Source: Deltaproteobacteria bacterium (GTDB lineage: Bacteria > JAGRBM01 > JAHCIT01). Taken from it: a DNA stretch of 64,000 nucleotides. The notes beneath the pieces are model-generated. The model ran no database searches and had not been told where the DNA came from. It saw only the letters and a list, made by a program, of their open reading frames with translations. The stretch lies in assembly GCA_026129095.1 (NCBI GenBank), contig JAHCIT010000004.1, forward strand, positions 1 to 64,000, read 5' to 3'. Below, piece by piece: positions 46,704-55,434 of this stretch. Each line of letters opens with the position of its first letter. The first letter of the stretch is position 1. Position numbers and translations under genes: made by a program.

Positions 46704-49094
46704 CTATTTCTCGATGGCCCGGAGGATCTCGTCCTCGTGGGCGGCCCACTCCTTGTCGTAGACCGCGCGCTCGTCCGCCCCCACATCCACCTCGCGGACC
46801 AGCCGCCCGGCCCTCGACAGGACGAACCAGACCATCGGAATGACACCCCCGAACAGGAACAGCGTTCCGCCGATCTTTCGCAAGTGAGCCAGGGTCTGCC
46901 ATACCATCCCGGTCACGAAGTCGTTGGTCCGGGCGTACCACAGGCCGTGCTCCACCACGGCCGCGAGCTGGTAGAGCCCAATGGGGAACAGGTTCAGCGT
47001 CATCATCAGCACGATTCCCAGCTGGAGCGACCAGAAGGACCGGTTGATGAGCTTCTCGTTCCACGAGGCCCTGGGAAACAGGTGCTGGCAGCAGAACAGC
47101 ATGCCCGCCAGCGCCACGTTCCCCTTCACGCCGAACATGGCGGCATGGGCGTGGTTTCCGGTGAGGTAGGTCGAGTGCTCGTAGTAGTTGATGATGGGCA
47201 GGTTGATGAGCGATCCGAACACGCCGGCCCCGATGATGTTCCAGAAGTTGACGGCGAGGATGAATCTCCACACGCCTTCCATCACGAACTTCTGCCTGCC
47301 GCCGGCATGGTTCGCTCCGGCGCGCACGATCTCGTTCCGCATCCGCCAGGCGTCCAGGGTGATGAGGAGCAGCGGCAGCACCTGCAGCGTCGAGAAGACA
47401 CTGCCCAGGGCGATGATTCCCGTCGGCTTGCCGATCCAGTAGAAATTGTGGGAGATGCCGACCGTCGCCGTGACGAGGAACATCATGACCGCCAGGAAGA
47501 TGACCCGTTCGGCCATGGCGCGGTTGATGAGCCCCATCTGGACGAGCATGTATCCGACGATGCAGGTGGTGAACACCTCGAAGGTGACCTCGACCCACAT
47601 GTGGACGGTCATCCAGCGCCAGTAGTCGGAGATGGCGAAGTTGGTCCTCGCCGTCGCCCCCAGCCCGAAAAATAGGAACAGGACCATGATCGCGCTGCCG
47701 TAAAAGAGCCAGGCGGGAACGGACCAGAGGTTCTGCTTCGAGATCCAGGGCCGGACGCCCCGGAAGATGATCACGATCCACAGGACAAAGGACACCAGCA
47801 TCAGGATGTGCCAGAACCGCCCCAGCTCCATGAACTCCCATCCCTGGCTCCCGAACCAGTAGGCCAGGGTGTCGTTCATCAGGCCCATCTGGCCCGCATA
47901 GATCCCGAAAAACGCGCCCGCGCCGACGGTCACGCAAAGGGCGAACAGGAGTTCGATCAGGAAACGCTGGCCTTTGGGCACTGGTGCGAGCTTGGGCAGG
48001 AAGAAGATCGTGTACCCGACCCAGCACATGAAGAACCAGTAGATCTGAAGGAGCGTGTGCCAGGACCGGACGACGTTGAAGGGGATGGAAAGCCCGAACA
48101 GGCTGACGACCGTCATGCCCGGACCGCCTTCGAGGAAATCCTCGGCGCTCAGGATGCCCGCCAGCACCTGGACCAGGAACAGGAGCATGGCGAAGGCGAA
48201 GAACTTGTACGTGGATCTCTGGGTGGGACGGACGAAGTCGTGGCCCTTCTCCAGCTCAACCGTGGTGAGCGTGCCGCCATTGGCCCCGTTGAACGGGTCG
48301 CCGGGGAGTTCCTTCATCTGGCCATAGATGTAGAGAACCAGCATGATCCCCAGGAACAGCGCGAGGATCGAGACGAAACTCCACAGGACCGTGGGCATGG
48401 TCGGGTGGTTGCCGGCATCCGGGTCGTAGGGCCAGTTGTGCGTGTAGCTGAAGTTCTCCCCCGGCCGGTCGGCCCCGGAGACCCACCCTCCCCAGAAGAA
48501 AAAGGCCGTCAGCGCCTGCAGGTCGTCCGGGCTGGAGATGTAGTTGGGAAAGGTGAACGCCTCGGAGTAGGAGGAGTCGGTGAACATCCGCGTGTAGTGC
48601 TTTTCCAGCTCCCGCAGCGCGAACACCTGGGCGTCGTTGATGCGGATCAGGTCTTCCTCCGGGGAATATCCGTTCTCGTGGATCTCCTGCTGCACCCTCA
48701 TCCTGATCGCGTTCCGGTCCGCACCGGTCAGCTCGCGCTCCCGGCTGATCTCGTCCTCGTAGTAGGTCCGCATCGCCAGCACCGTCCGGTGCAGCGCGTC
48801 GGCGGTGAAGTCGGGGCCCCGCTCCGCGCCGTCGCCCCAGAACGATCCCCACGACATCAGTCCGCGGAGATGGAATATCTCCTTCCCGCGATCGACCCTT
48901 TCGGCGGGAATCACCGTTTCCCCGGCGGGCGAGACGAAGTTGGCGATCGGCGGCGCCCCCTCGTAGGTCCACGATCCCAGGGCGACGAGCCCCACGATGC
49001 TGATTCCGGCCACGACCGCGAAATGGAGCCACCAGGTCTTCTTGTCCAGAAGCCACTTGGCGAACGTCCGGTTCCTGTTTCCAGCTCCACTCAT
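46704..49094 (-). CDS. nod: Putative nitric oxide dismutase (Nod; atypical qNor, heme-copper oxidase superfamily)
   Basis: qNor architecture (YTHNWPYD, HMWVE, NHAH) with SHN for HH, TLQV for ALEV, and loss of the quinol-site His and Asp. Confidence 0.88.
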   Translation of the reverse strand: MSGAGNRNRTFAKWLLDKKTWWLHFAVVAGISIVGLVALGSWTYEGAPPIANFVSPAGETVIPAERVDRGKEIFHLRGLMSWGSFWGDGAERGPDFTADALHRTVLAMRTYYEDEISRERELTGADRNAIRMRVQQEIHENGYSPEEDLIRINDAQVFALRELEKHYTRMFTDSSYSEAFTFPNYISSPDDLQALTAFFFWGGWVSGADRPGENFSYTHNWPYDPDAGNHPTMPTVLWSFVSILALFLGIMLVLYIYGQMKELPGDPFNGANGGTLTTVELEKGHDFVRPTQRSTYKFFAFAMLLFLVQVLAGILSAEDFLEGGPGMTVVSLFGLSIPFNVVRSWHTLLQIYWFFMCWVGYTIFFLPKLAPVPKGQRFLIELLFALCVTVGAGAFFGIYAGQMGLMNDTLAYWFGSQGWEFMELGRFWHILMLVSFVLWIVIIFRGVRPWISKQNLWSVPAWLFYGSAIMVLFLFFGLGATARTNFAISDYWRWMTVHMWVEVTFEVFTTCIVGYMLVQMGLINRAMAERVIFLAVMMFLVTATVGISHNFYWIGKPTGIIALGSVFSTLQVLPLLLITLDAWRMRNEIVRAGANHAGGRQKFVMEGVWRFILAVNFWNIIGAGVFGSLINLPIINYYEHSTYLTGNHAHAAMFGVKGNVALAGMLFCCQHLFPRASWNEKLINRSFWSLQLGIVLMMTLNLFPIGLYQLAAVVEHGLWYARTNDFVTGMVWQTLAHLRKIGGTLFLFGGVIPMVWFVLSRAGRLVREVDVGADERAVYDKEWAAHEDEILRAIEK

Positions 49095-49207
49095 GGCTGC
49101 AACCTCTAATCAAGACCCAAACGGGTGACTTTCAGAAACTACGCCCAGTGGAATGTACGGTAACAAGCAGCGGCAATGTCCATCAATCCGCCAAATGGCT
49201 CATTTGC

Positions 49208-49225
49208 CTGATGCAAATGCATCAG
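49208..49225. promoter_or_regulatory. Perfect inverted repeat CTGATGCA-aa-TGCATCAG upstream of nod
   Basis: 8-2-8 palindrome in the divergent intergenic region. Confidence 0.5.
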
Positions 49226-49276
49226 TACCCCCCATTTCCCTCCCCGCCCCCGGCGGGTGTACGCTTGAGGGCAGTC

Positions 49277-50089
49277 ATGGCCGGACCCGACACATCGCGC
49301 CCGCAGGGGGAGCCGAAACCCGAAACGGCCGGCACGCAGCCCCTGTTCTTCTCGACCGCGCTCGGCGAGAACTACCGCGAGTTCTGGTCGAACATGGCCA
49401 GCACGCCTGAGGGGGCGCGGCTCGCCGTGTCGGGCCACCCGTTCGGCCAGTATCCGGACGAGCGGCTGGTGGACTTGCAGGGGCTCCCGGTGGCGCGGCT
49501 CGTGAAGGAGTCGCTCGACCTGGACGGCACCCAGCGGCTCCTCGAAGTCGGCTGCGGCATCGGGCGGCTCGCCCGGCACCTCGCCCCGTGGGTGGAGGAG
49601 TACCACGGGGCGGACATCTCGCCGGCCATGTGCCTGAGGGCGTCACACCGGCTCTGGGGGGTGCGGAACGCCTTTTTTCACGAACTGCCGGAGCCGGACC
49701 TTGGCGTCTTCCCCGGCCAGTCGTTCGACGCCGTGATGTTCCAGCACGTGCTCATTCACCTGGACCCGCCCGACGCCGAGCACTACCTCGCCGAGGCGTA
49801 CCGGGTGCTCCGGCCCGGCGGAAAGCTCTACGCCCAGTTCTACAACCGGCGGCACCCGCAGGGGTTCGACGAGACGGTCCACGCCGTGGACCAGCGGCTC
49901 CGCGACGGCCGCGCCCAGCGGGGCCGCGTCTTCTGCCACACGAGCCACGAGGTGCGCGCCATCGTCGCGCAGGCGGGGTTCGAGATCGACCGGGAGAAAA
50001 GCCACCTGGAACCCTGGCGCCAGAACCGGCGGTGGTGGCCCGACAACGACTTCTTCTTCTGGTTGATTGCCGTGGGGACGAGGCGCTAA
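49277..50089 (+). CDS. Class I SAM-dependent methyltransferase
   Basis: LLEVGCGIGR, GADIS, FDAV and RVLRPGG. Confidence 0.88.
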   Translation: MAGPDTSRPQGEPKPETAGTQPLFFSTALGENYREFWSNMASTPEGARLAVSGHPFGQYPDERLVDLQGLPVARLVKESLDLDGTQRLLEVGCGIGRLARHLAPWVEEYHGADISPAMCLRASHRLWGVRNAFFHELPEPDLGVFPGQSFDAVMFQHVLIHLDPPDAEHYLAEAYRVLRPGGKLYAQFYNRRHPQGFDETVHAVDQRLRDGRAQRGRVFCHTSHEVRAIVAQAGFEIDREKSHLEPWRQNRRWWPDNDFFFWLIAVGTRR

Positions 50090-50101
50090 GAGCGCCCCGT
50101 C

Positions 50102-51097
50102 TTGTACGTGCCCAAGCACCATTACTTCGACGTGAGGGCCCCGGAGGCGGGGATGCGGCTGGACCGGCTGGTGCGGAAGCTCCTGCCGGACGAGACGCTC
50201 GGCAACATCCACCGGATGATCCGCAGCGGCATGGTGCAGGTGGGAAAAACACGGCGCGAGAACAGCTACCGCGTGAGCGAGGGCGAGGTGGTGGTGCTTC
50301 CGCAGCCGCCGAAACTGGTCCGCCCCAAGCCCCCGCCGCCCGAGACAAAAGAGTGGACCGCGCCCGCGCCCCAGGTGATCCGCGAGGCCCCCGGCTGGAT
50401 CGCGCTCCACAAGCCGGGCGGGCTCTCCGTTCAGGGCGGCACGGGACAGGGCCCCTGGAGCGTCGTCAACTGGCTGAAGGTGAAATACCCGGAGGCGGAG
50501 TTCGCCCCGGCGCCCGTCCACCGGCTCGACCTGGACACGACGGGGCTCCTCATCGCGGCGCGGACGCCGCAGGCGGCCCGGTGGTTCCAGCTTCACTTAA
50601 GCTCGCGCACGATGCGGAAATACTACCTCGCGCTGGTGGAAAGCCGCCCCCGGTTCGAGCACACGATGGTTGACGGGCCGCTCTACCGGGCGACCTCCGG
50701 ACGGATCAAGATGAGCGTGGATACCCGCGGCGTCACGGCGCTTACCGAGGTGTGGACGCTCTCCCGCGGGGAGCGCAGCTCGCTCGTCATGGCCTTTCCG
50801 CACACGGGCAGGACGCACCAGATCCGGGCGCACCTGGCGCACCTGGGCCACCCGATCCTGATGGACGAGCGGTACGGCTCGACGATGCGGCTGCCCGACG
50901 GCCTGAGGCCGTTCGAGCGGATCTACCTCCACGCCTGGCGGCTCGACTTTCCCGCCCCGCCCGGTTCGGAGGGCGAAGGCGAACGCATCCGGGTGGAGGC
51001 CCCGCCCGACGGCCTGTTCATGAAGGCGATCCGGGCGACCGGAAACCGCCTCACCCCAGCCCCCTCTCCACCTGAAGTGGAGAGGGGGAAGGAATGA
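50102..51097 (+). CDS. RluA-family pseudouridine synthase with S4 domain
   Basis: RLDR S4 domain, HKPGG, HRLDLDTTG, TGRTHQIRAH and YLHA. Confidence 0.9.
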   Translation: MYVPKHHYFDVRAPEAGMRLDRLVRKLLPDETLGNIHRMIRSGMVQVGKTRRENSYRVSEGEVVVLPQPPKLVRPKPPPPETKEWTAPAPQVIREAPGWIALHKPGGLSVQGGTGQGPWSVVNWLKVKYPEAEFAPAPVHRLDLDTTGLLIAARTPQAARWFQLHLSSRTMRKYYLALVESRPRFEHTMVDGPLYRATSGRIKMSVDTRGVTALTEVWTLSRGERSSLVMAFPHTGRTHQIRAHLAHLGHPILMDERYGSTMRLPDGLRPFERIYLHAWRLDFPAPPGSEGEGERIRVEAPPDGLFMKAIRATGNRLTPAPSPPEVERGKE

Positions 51098-51155
51098 GAA
51101 AGGGGAAAAGATGCCTTTCCTGTTCCCCTCTCCGGTTTTCTGGAGAGGGGTCAGG
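51048..51155. repeat. Two REP-like hairpins, the first inside the 3' end of the RluA gene
   Basis: GCCTCACCCC..CCCCCTCTCCAC-ctgaa-GTGGAGAGGGGG, and CCCCTCTCCGG-tttt-CTGGAGAGGGG. Confidence 0.8.
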
Positions 51156-51167
51156 CAAGGTCGTAAA

Positions 51168-51191
51168 ATTATTCGGATATATTCGAATAAT
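51168..51191. promoter_or_regulatory. Near-perfect 24-bp palindrome, candidate operator
   Basis: ATTATTCGGATATATTCGAATAAT (one mismatched pair), upstream of the pqqD-like gene. Confidence 0.5.
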
Positions 51192-51303
51192 CATTCGAGT
51201 ATGGTGAAATCTCTGGAATACTTCCTCGACTATACGTCACCCGCCGCAGGCGAATCCCGATTCCCCCTTCGCTCCCGCCGTTCATGTTCTACACTGGCGG
51301 GCC

Positions 51304-51573
51304 ATGACGGCCTACCAGCAGAACCGGGAGATCGCGTGGCGGGAGGTGGACGGGGAAGCGATCCTCGTGGACCCGCTGGCGCGCCAGCTCCGCGTGCTGA
51401 ACCCGGCGGGGACGTTCCTGTGGGCGCAGCTTGAGGCGCCCCGGACGGCGGAGGAACTCGCCGCGCTGCTCACGGCCGAGTTCGACGTGACGGCCGGGGA
51501 GGCCCGCCGCGACGTCGAGGGCTTCCTTGCCCACCTTCTCGGCAAGAAACTGGTCAGGGAGATCACCCGGTGA
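51304..51573 (+). CDS. PqqD-family RiPP recognition element protein
   Basis: REVDGEAILV..LNPAGTFLW..L.AEFDV..DV..FL..L pattern. Confidence 0.88.
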   Translation: MTAYQQNREIAWREVDGEAILVDPLARQLRVLNPAGTFLWAQLEAPRTAEELAALLTAEFDVTAGEARRDVEGFLAHLLGKKLVREITR

Positions 51574-52016
51574 AAAACGCCCAGCTCCAGCAGGCGGTGG
51601 GGGAAATCCTGCGCGAGGAGGTCGCCCGGCGCGGCAAGGTGAACTTCCGCGTGACGGGAAACTCGATGGCCCCGCTCCTGAAACCCGGCGACATCGTGAC
51701 CGTGCGGCGGGTGCGCCGCCGCTGGCGGCTCCTGCCGGGCGACATTCTCGTTCTCTCTGGCGACGGCCCCCTCGTCGTCCACCACTTCCTCTACTGGACG
51801 CTCAGGGACGGGCAGCCCCACTTGCGGACGGCCGGGCGGAACGGTAAGGCGCTGGACCGGCTCTGGCCCCGCGAGGCGGTGATCGGCCGGGTGGTGCTCC
51901 GCGAGCGCGGCAAGCTCTCCTTCCGGGGCCCCACGGCCCCGCTGTGGCTGGCCAGTTCCCTCTTTGCGGCGCTGGGCGGCGTGCTCACCGCCAGACTGGA
52001 GCGGCTGCTCAAGTGA
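51570..52016 (+). CDS. S24/S26-family peptidase-like protein
   Basis: GNSMAPLLKPGD...GDIL...VVH...VIGRV. Confidence 0.78.
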   Translation: MKNAQLQQAVGEILREEVARRGKVNFRVTGNSMAPLLKPGDIVTVRRVRRRWRLLPGDILVLSGDGPLVVHHFLYWTLRDGQPHLRTAGRNGKALDRLWPREAVIGRVVLRERGKLSFRGPTAPLWLASSLFAALGGVLTARLERLLK

Positions 52017-52846
52017 CCGATGCCCACGCGACAGGCACCGCCCGCCCCGCCCTGGCCGGACACCCGCTCGACATCGCCGCGCCGCCGAAACTCGCCGGGG
52101 CGGCGGCGCGGATCACCGGCCGGCCGGAGGGCGCCACGGGCCGCCCCTACCGGATGATGCTGCTGGAACGGCGGACGCTGAACTACAGCGACCCCTACAA
52201 GGTGACGGTCACGCGGCGCGAGCACGGTTTCTCGGCCGCGTCATCTGCGTTCCGGGCCGACATCGAGTTTCCGGGCCGCAACATCCGCATCGAGATCGCC
52301 CCGCCCCCTGCCGCCGGGAACCCGGCCAACGCGCTGGAAAACGCCCTGCGCCTGGTGACCCAGTGGCTCGCCTGGGAGCACCGGGGGCTCGTCGTCCACG
52401 CCTCTGCTTTTGTGCGGAACTCAGGCGGCGCGGTGGTGGCCGTGGGGCCGTCGGGCGCGGGGAAAAGCACGCTCGCCCGCCGGGCACTGGACAGCGGACG
52501 GCCGGTGCTGGGCGACGATCTCGTGATTCTCAGGATGGAAAAGGAAGGGCTCATGGTGGAGGGGACGCCGTTCTCCGGCTCCGACCCCCGGATTCCCTTT
52601 ACCGCCGGGCGGCACCCGGTGGCGATGCTCGTCACGCTGGAAAAGGGGGCAGGCACGGAACTGCTGCCCCAGGCCCCCGCCGAACGGCTCACGGCGCTGC
52701 TCGCCCAGGTGCAGGGGATCGCCGACCGTTCCAAAACGGAAACGGGCGCGCTCATGGATGCCCTCATACCTCTCCTCGGAACGCTGCCCGGCGGGACCCT
52801 CCGCTTTGCCCTCGACTCGGACCTCTGGCAAACTCTGGACAGCTAA
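52013..52846 (+). CDS. HprK-related P-loop kinase
   Basis: VVHASA, GPSGAGKST, LGDD and GTPFSG. GTG start overlaps the previous stop. Confidence 0.78.
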   Translation: MTDAHATGTARPALAGHPLDIAAPPKLAGAAARITGRPEGATGRPYRMMLLERRTLNYSDPYKVTVTRREHGFSAASSAFRADIEFPGRNIRIEIAPPPAAGNPANALENALRLVTQWLAWEHRGLVVHASAFVRNSGGAVVAVGPSGAGKSTLARRALDSGRPVLGDDLVILRMEKEGLMVEGTPFSGSDPRIPFTAGRHPVAMLVTLEKGAGTELLPQAPAERLTALLAQVQGIADRSKTETGALMDALIPLLGTLPGGTLRFALDSDLWQTLDS

Positions 52847-52852
52847 GAGGTC

Positions 52853-53863
52853 TTGCCCATTTCCACGTTCGACCAGATCCGCGAAAAGCTGGTCGCCACG
52901 AACCGGTTCGTGACGACCCAGCTCGAACTCACCTACCGCTGCAACTACGAATGCCTCCATTGCTACTGCGTGGACCAGCCCGCCCGCGAGGAGCTTTCGA
53001 CGGCGGAGTTCAAGGCGGTCATTGACGAGCTTTACGCGCTGGGCTGCATGAACATCACCTTCACCGGCGGCGAGGCGATCATCCGCAAGGATTTCTTCGA
53101 GCTCGCCCGCTACGCCCGCGACAGGCGGTTCGTGATCCGGCTCTTTTCCAACGGGCATCTTCTGGAGGGTGCGCGGCTCGAACAGCTCCTGGAGCTGAAG
53201 CCGATCTCCGTGGACATCTCGCTTTACGGCGGGAGCGACGAGACCTACGAGGCGGTGACGGGCGAGAAGAACCGCTTTGAGCGCGTCCGGCGGAACGTGG
53301 AAGCCCTCGTCGCCCGCGGCCAGCGGGTGATCGTCAAGATTCCGCTCATGCACGAGAGCTACCACGACATCGGCCGGATGATCGGCTGGTGCCGGGAGAT
53401 CGGCGTGCCGTACCTCACCGACGTCTGGATGACGCCCAAGGATGACGGCTCGGTGAAGCCCGCGCTGCACGCGCTCACCGACGACGAGATGACCGACTTC
53501 TTCCGGCGGTTCGGCACGAAGGCGAAGAAGCTCGTCCGCGAGGACGACAAGGCGATCTGCACGTCGGCCTGCTCCTCGCCGATTGTCTCGCCGCACGGGG
53601 ACGTGTTCGCCTGCACGCAGAACAAGGTGCCGGCCGGGAACGTGCGCGAGACGCCGCTCGGCGAGATCTGGCGCGGCGCCGGATGGATGCAGGAGATCCG
53701 CGAGGTGAAGTGGCACCGGTTCACCGAGTGCCGTACCTGCGAGTTCCAGGAGACCTGCTTCATCTGCCCGGCGATCAGCCTCTACGAGAACGGCCGCCTC
53801 GAAGGCCCCAACTCCCACGCCTGCCGCGTCGCCCGCATCCGCCACGAGCTGGGACAGGTGTAG
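52853..53863 (+). CDS. Radical SAM/SPASM-domain peptide maturase
   Basis: CNYECLHC and TGGE; SPASM C..GDVFAC..CRTC.....C..C...C. Confidence 0.9.
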   Translation: MPISTFDQIREKLVATNRFVTTQLELTYRCNYECLHCYCVDQPAREELSTAEFKAVIDELYALGCMNITFTGGEAIIRKDFFELARYARDRRFVIRLFSNGHLLEGARLEQLLELKPISVDISLYGGSDETYEAVTGEKNRFERVRRNVEALVARGQRVIVKIPLMHESYHDIGRMIGWCREIGVPYLTDVWMTPKDDGSVKPALHALTDDEMTDFFRRFGTKAKKLVREDDKAICTSACSSPIVSPHGDVFACTQNKVPAGNVRETPLGEIWRGAGWMQEIREVKWHRFTECRTCEFQETCFICPAISLYENGRLEGPNSHACRVARIRHELGQV

Positions 53864-53890
53864 GGGGGACCTCTCCCCGGCCCTGGCGGG

Positions 53891-53936
53891 CCTCCCCCTC
53901 TCCGTATGACGGAGAGGGGAACAAGGGGAGTGGTCT
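53891..53936. repeat. REP-like hairpin
   Basis: CCCCTCTCCGT-atg-ACGGAGAGGGG plus tail AAGGGGAGTGGTCT (similar to the reverse complement of 2117-2159). Confidence 0.8.
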
Positions 53937-54028
53937 ATTCCCCCTACGCCACGAGGATCCCCATCAGTTCGTCTTTCGTCGTGGGGCCGTTCATCACGCG
54001 AATGGCCACACGGTCGATGGTTTTCGGG

Positions 54029-54239
54029 TGGTGGCGGGGCAGTAAACAGCAGGCAGGCCGCAGGGAATACCGGCGGGTGCCTCAGCCGGCCGGCGAGCCG
54101 GTCGCCACCTGGTAGGGGAGCTGCCCGCCGGTGATCCGGTCGTGCTCGCGGCCCTGGGGCCGGTAGTAGGTGTTCCGGTGGTGGGCGAGATTCAGCGCGA
54201 GATACAGCAGCGGGTGGCGGCGGTTGTTCCAGAACCGGC
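54029..54239 (-). repeat. 211-bp direct repeat, copy 1 (duplicated 3' end of the B12-rSAM gene)
   Basis: Matches 55620-55830 with 4 mismatches. Confidence 0.92.
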
Positions 54240-54854
54240 CGCTGGCTCGCCAGGGACCCGATCCTGTTTGGCGGCGGCACGGCCAACCTGTACGAATACT
54301 GCGGAAACGATCCGGTAAATTGTACGGACCCGAGCGGGACTGTTCCCATTCTGGCCGTCGCGGTGGTGTGGGCGGGGGCGGAGCTGGCCCTGTCGGCATG
54401 GGATGCATACGAGACATATGCCACGCTGACCGACCCGGAGGCATCGGTATCGGAAAAGTCGCTCACGCTGGGGCTGTTCGCGGTTGGGGCCCTTCTTCCC
54501 GGTGGCGGCTGGACGGCGAGCGGGAAGAAGATCGTAAAGTCTTCTTCTAGAGTACTGGGCCGTGCCTTAGAAGCTGCTGGGCATTCTAGGCCTGCAAACT
54601 CTGCAGCACACCATATTGTTGCCGGTTCTGCCGCTGCTGCCGAACCAGCAAGACGAGTATTAAATAAACTGGGGATCGGAATAGATGACGCTACCAATGG
54701 TATATTCTTACCAATGCAACAACATGATATGCTGCACACAACTGAATACTACTCAGCCATAAACAAAGCTTTGCAGGGAGTATCGACACGCCAGCAAGCA
54801 ATGGACGTTCTTGAAGCTATTGCGCAGAAATTAAGGAATCAGAAATTTCCGTGA
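54237..54854 (+). pseudogene. Orphan Rhs C-terminal fragment with AHH-family (HNH/EndoVII) nuclease toxin domain
   Basis: In-frame GRWLARDPILFGGGTANLYEYCGNDPVNCTDPSG, then AAHHIV..NGIFLP..H...H. The Rhs body is missing. First in-frame start is GTG at 54363. Confidence 0.82.
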
Positions 54855-54870
54855 TGGATAAGGATGCAAT

Positions 54871-55347
54871 ATGGAAGATCCGAAAGTATTAGCAGATTTG
54901 TTTTCGAGGCTGGGTGCTAGGCATCCAGAAAGATGGGCCAAATCGCAGATTGAAGAGGGTATCCCTCAGCTTGCTAGGTATTTGTTCCTACGGCAGGCGT
55001 GGAAGCACGTGGTGGATCCCAATGGCGACTGGATTGCAGATTCAATTACAACGGAAAACCGTGACCTTCCTGGCGGTAATATAGGCCCTGCGCTTAATAG
55101 AATCGTGGCGCAGGGAGCGACACACGCTGATATCAACACCATAGTTCGTATCAAACAATGGGAATTGCTCTCCAGACTTTGTCACCTGATTGACGATCCA
55201 GACTTGGAAGAGGATGAAGTGAAAAGTATCGGATGGCGACTATTTTTGGTAAATGAAAATGATGAGCCGATCGAGATCATTCCAGGGCTTCATGAGTCTG
55301 TTCTAGAAGTTGAACCTACTGGTTATGAGATGCGGCCTGCTAAGTGA
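54871..55347 (+). CDS. Putative immunity protein
   Basis: Low-GC acidic ORF 16 bp downstream of the toxin CT; AAGGA RBS. Confidence 0.7.
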   Translation: MEDPKVLADLFSRLGARHPERWAKSQIEEGIPQLARYLFLRQAWKHVVDPNGDWIADSITTENRDLPGGNIGPALNRIVAQGATHADINTIVRIKQWELLSRLCHLIDDPDLEEDEVKSIGWRLFLVNENDEPIEIIPGLHESVLEVEPTGYEMRPAK

Positions 55348-55434
55348 CTTCCCGCGACACTGTGCGCCAGGACACCGGGCAGTCGCTGGCGGGACGCGGG
55401 GGCATGATCGGTGGCGCGCCACCGGTGTCGGCGC

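Noticed and set aside
46704-49094. Ordinary quinol-dependent NO reductase (norZ/norB)
   Set aside because: The FeB His, a catalytic Glu and both quinol-site residues are substituted in the Nod pattern
51304-53863. Lasso peptide or PQQ biosynthesis cluster
   Set aside because: No lasso cyclase or B2 protease, and no pqqA/B/C
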